Position numbers and translations under genes: made by a program
DNA from: a virus
Taxonomy: Duplodnaviria; Caudoviricetes
Direction: 5' to 3' (one strand)
Length of the DNA stretch: 37,048 nucleotides
Virus record (IMG/VR): IMGVR_UViG_3300032216_002167
Coordinates: 1-37,048 of that record
The notes under the pieces: generated by a model
Databases searched by the model: none
Told to the model about the DNA's origin: nothing
The model's input: the letters and a program-made list of their open reading frames with translations, nothing else
Shown: one piece after another, positions 35,668-37,048 of the stretch
How positions within the stretch are numbered: the first letter of the stretch is position 1
Layout of the letters: each line of letters begins with the position of its first letter

Positions 35668-36390
35668 TTAACCCGTCGTTTTTATGTCTGTGCCTGTTGC
35701 CGGACCTTTCATTAGATCAGCTATTCTCTGGCTTATTGACAATCCAGCCCCCTGACCGGCTGATGAACCAGCCCCTTGCAAGAAACCAGAAGCTGCATTT
35801 CCTAGTAGTCCAAGTTGTCCAGGTTGATATTGAGTTTCAACAGCTCTTGTCCCTAACCCAAGTCCTGCAAGATGATTGTATTGTCCCATTGCCTGCTGCG
35901 CGGCTTGTTGCCTGAGCTGCGCATACAATTGAGCAAGGTTAGATCCATACTGAGATGCTGCTCCACCTACTGCCTGTCCAAATCCAGAGGAAGACCCTAG
36001 ACCTCCGCCTAGTCCACCACCTAGACCAGAATATCGCTCTTCTATTCCAGGAAGAATTTGCTCGTTGAATTGAGTTTTATAGGGAGCTGCCCACTGTTCA
36101 TATGCCCCAGGGTCTCCGGATAACATATTGCCTAGATAGTCTTGGGATTTCTGATAATTTCCGCCAGCACCCCCTGACATACCAAGCTGCTCGAGAATCC
36201 TTTGCAAGGCGTCACTTTGGCCAGGCGTTATGGTGGGATTTTGAATATTTTTATCTCTAGTCTTTCCTCTGCCGAAGAGACCACCTATTCCACCAAGAAG
36301 ACCACCTGCGGCAGCTCCTATCGGTCCAAATGCACTCCCTCCGGCGGCGCCTGCGGCAGCTCCACCTAATCCAGATCCCCAGTTCGGCAT
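35668..36390 (-). CDS. Gly/Ala-rich ejection (pilot) protein, P22 gp7-like
   Basis: GGAAAGAAGGSAFGPIGAAAGGLLGGIGGLFG N-terminus. Confidence 0.65.
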   Translation of the reverse strand: MPNWGSGLGGAAAGAAGGSAFGPIGAAAGGLLGGIGGLFGRGKTRDKNIQNPTITPGQSDALQRILEQLGMSGGAGGNYQKSQDYLGNMLSGDPGAYEQWAAPYKTQFNEQILPGIEERYSGLGGGLGGGLGSSSGFGQAVGGAASQYGSNLAQLYAQLRQQAAQQAMGQYNHLAGLGLGTRAVETQYQPGQLGLLGNAASGFLQGAGSSAGQGAGLSISQRIADLMKGPATGTDIKTTG

Positions 36391-36442
36391 ACATCACCTA
36401 TTTTCTTTTGATGCTATAATGCAGAAAAATGACAACATCAAT

Positions 36443-36919
36443 TTAATTTTTCAAGTATTCGCATACGGCTATCACAGACTTTAAAGGAACGCCGATCGGA
36501 TTTGTGAAATTAATATTTACTGAATCCAAATAAATTGTTGGTTGTCCCATGACAGAAAAATAAGTAGGCGTCGTAGAAGTACATCCAGCATATATCATCG
36601 TCCCCTCAAATAGACCAGTGATACCATGAGGAAAGGAAACGGTTCCACCTGCCGGGATGTTTCCTCCGTTTAGATCAACCAAGTCAAAACATTTTCTATA
36701 AACATTTCTAAAGGTCTGCGGATCCCCAACGGTGTAGTATTGCTTAAAGTTGAAAAACTCCTGTAACGAGTATAAAGAGCCTTCCTTAGTGTTAACCGCA
36801 TTTCCTACTCTTTTTGCCCATAGAGAAAGAGTATCCAGGAATCTTTCTTCATCTTTGGGGAAGTCAATAGAGATTGGAAGCTGATTAACCTGAAGACTTG
36901 GATCAGAGCTAGATGACAT
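36443..36919 (-). CDS. Tail-associated structural protein
   Basis: SD AAGGA directly after the tail gene stop at 36929; HGI motif; ends VCEYLKN. Confidence 0.6.
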   Translation of the reverse strand: MSSSSDPSLQVNQLPISIDFPKDEERFLDTLSLWAKRVGNAVNTKEGSLYSLQEFFNFKQYYTVGDPQTFRNVYRKCFDLVDLNGGNIPAGGTVSFPHGITGLFEGTMIYAGCTSTTPTYFSVMGQPTIYLDSVNINFTNPIGVPLKSVIAVCEYLKN

Positions 36920-36928
36920 AAATTTCCT

Positions 36929-37048
36929 TCAAAACACGTTTTTCCCGCCGGCTCTGCACATTGCATTTATTGCGTACAATATCCAATTCTGGTTATGGGT
37001 AGAAATTTGATTCATTAGCGAATCGTTATAAGTAATATTGATGCTAAA
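36929..37048 (-). CDS. 3' end of the 713-3004 tail gene, alternative allele (..CRAGGKNVF*)
   Basis: Same frame and stop position as 713 at offset 36216. Confidence 0.85.
   Translation of the reverse strand, partial: FSINITYNDSLMNQISTHNQNWILYAINAMCRAGGKNVF
36945..37048. repeat. Exact 104-bp direct repeat, copy 2
   Basis: Identical to 729-832. Confidence 0.97.

Larger units (their letters stand above)
1..37048. mobile_element. Near-complete/complete tailed phage genome (podovirus-like, P22-type portal, N4-gp56-like capsid); 36,216-bp circular unit plus an HNH-bearing branch
   Basis: Terminase, portal, scaffold, capsid, tail, ejection, recombination and replication genes all present; no host housekeeping genes; end of window repeats 729-832. 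Confidence 0.95.

Noticed and set aside
1-37048. Stop-codon reassignment
   Set aside because: Core genes are intact in code 11 and all three stop codons are used; the terL break involves frame changes, not a single in-frame stop

Overview
The window is an essentially complete, AT-rich, tailed dsDNA phage genome with podovirus-type organisation. The minus strand carries packaging and head genes (ParB-like protein, TerS, TerL, P22-like portal, scaffold, N4-gp56-like major capsid), adaptor/tail genes, three probable ejection proteins and three long Thr/Gly/Ala-rich tail fibre/spike proteins. The plus strand carries an early module (Bet/RecT, YqaJ exonuclease, HTH replication initiator), divergent from a Cro-like HTH and RusA. 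Bases 36945-37048 exactly repeat 729-832, closing a 36,216-bp circle. The two copies are alternative 3' ends of one tail gene, one followed by an HNH gene (1-660) and one not. I recognise no integrase, endolysin, tRNA, CRISPR or reverse transcriptase. Highlights: (1) a predicted antisense-RNA/anti-Shine-Dalgarno switch in the rep leader, suggesting a phage-plasmid; (2) TerL split into two genes by an HNH gene with no room for an intron; (3) HNH genes whose SD is locked in hairpins overlapped by their own promoters; (4) repeated cases of genes flanked by duplicated 3' ends of the upstream gene; (5) a small protein with a QLDLF beta-clamp motif. All family assignments are by-eye motif recognition, not database searches.
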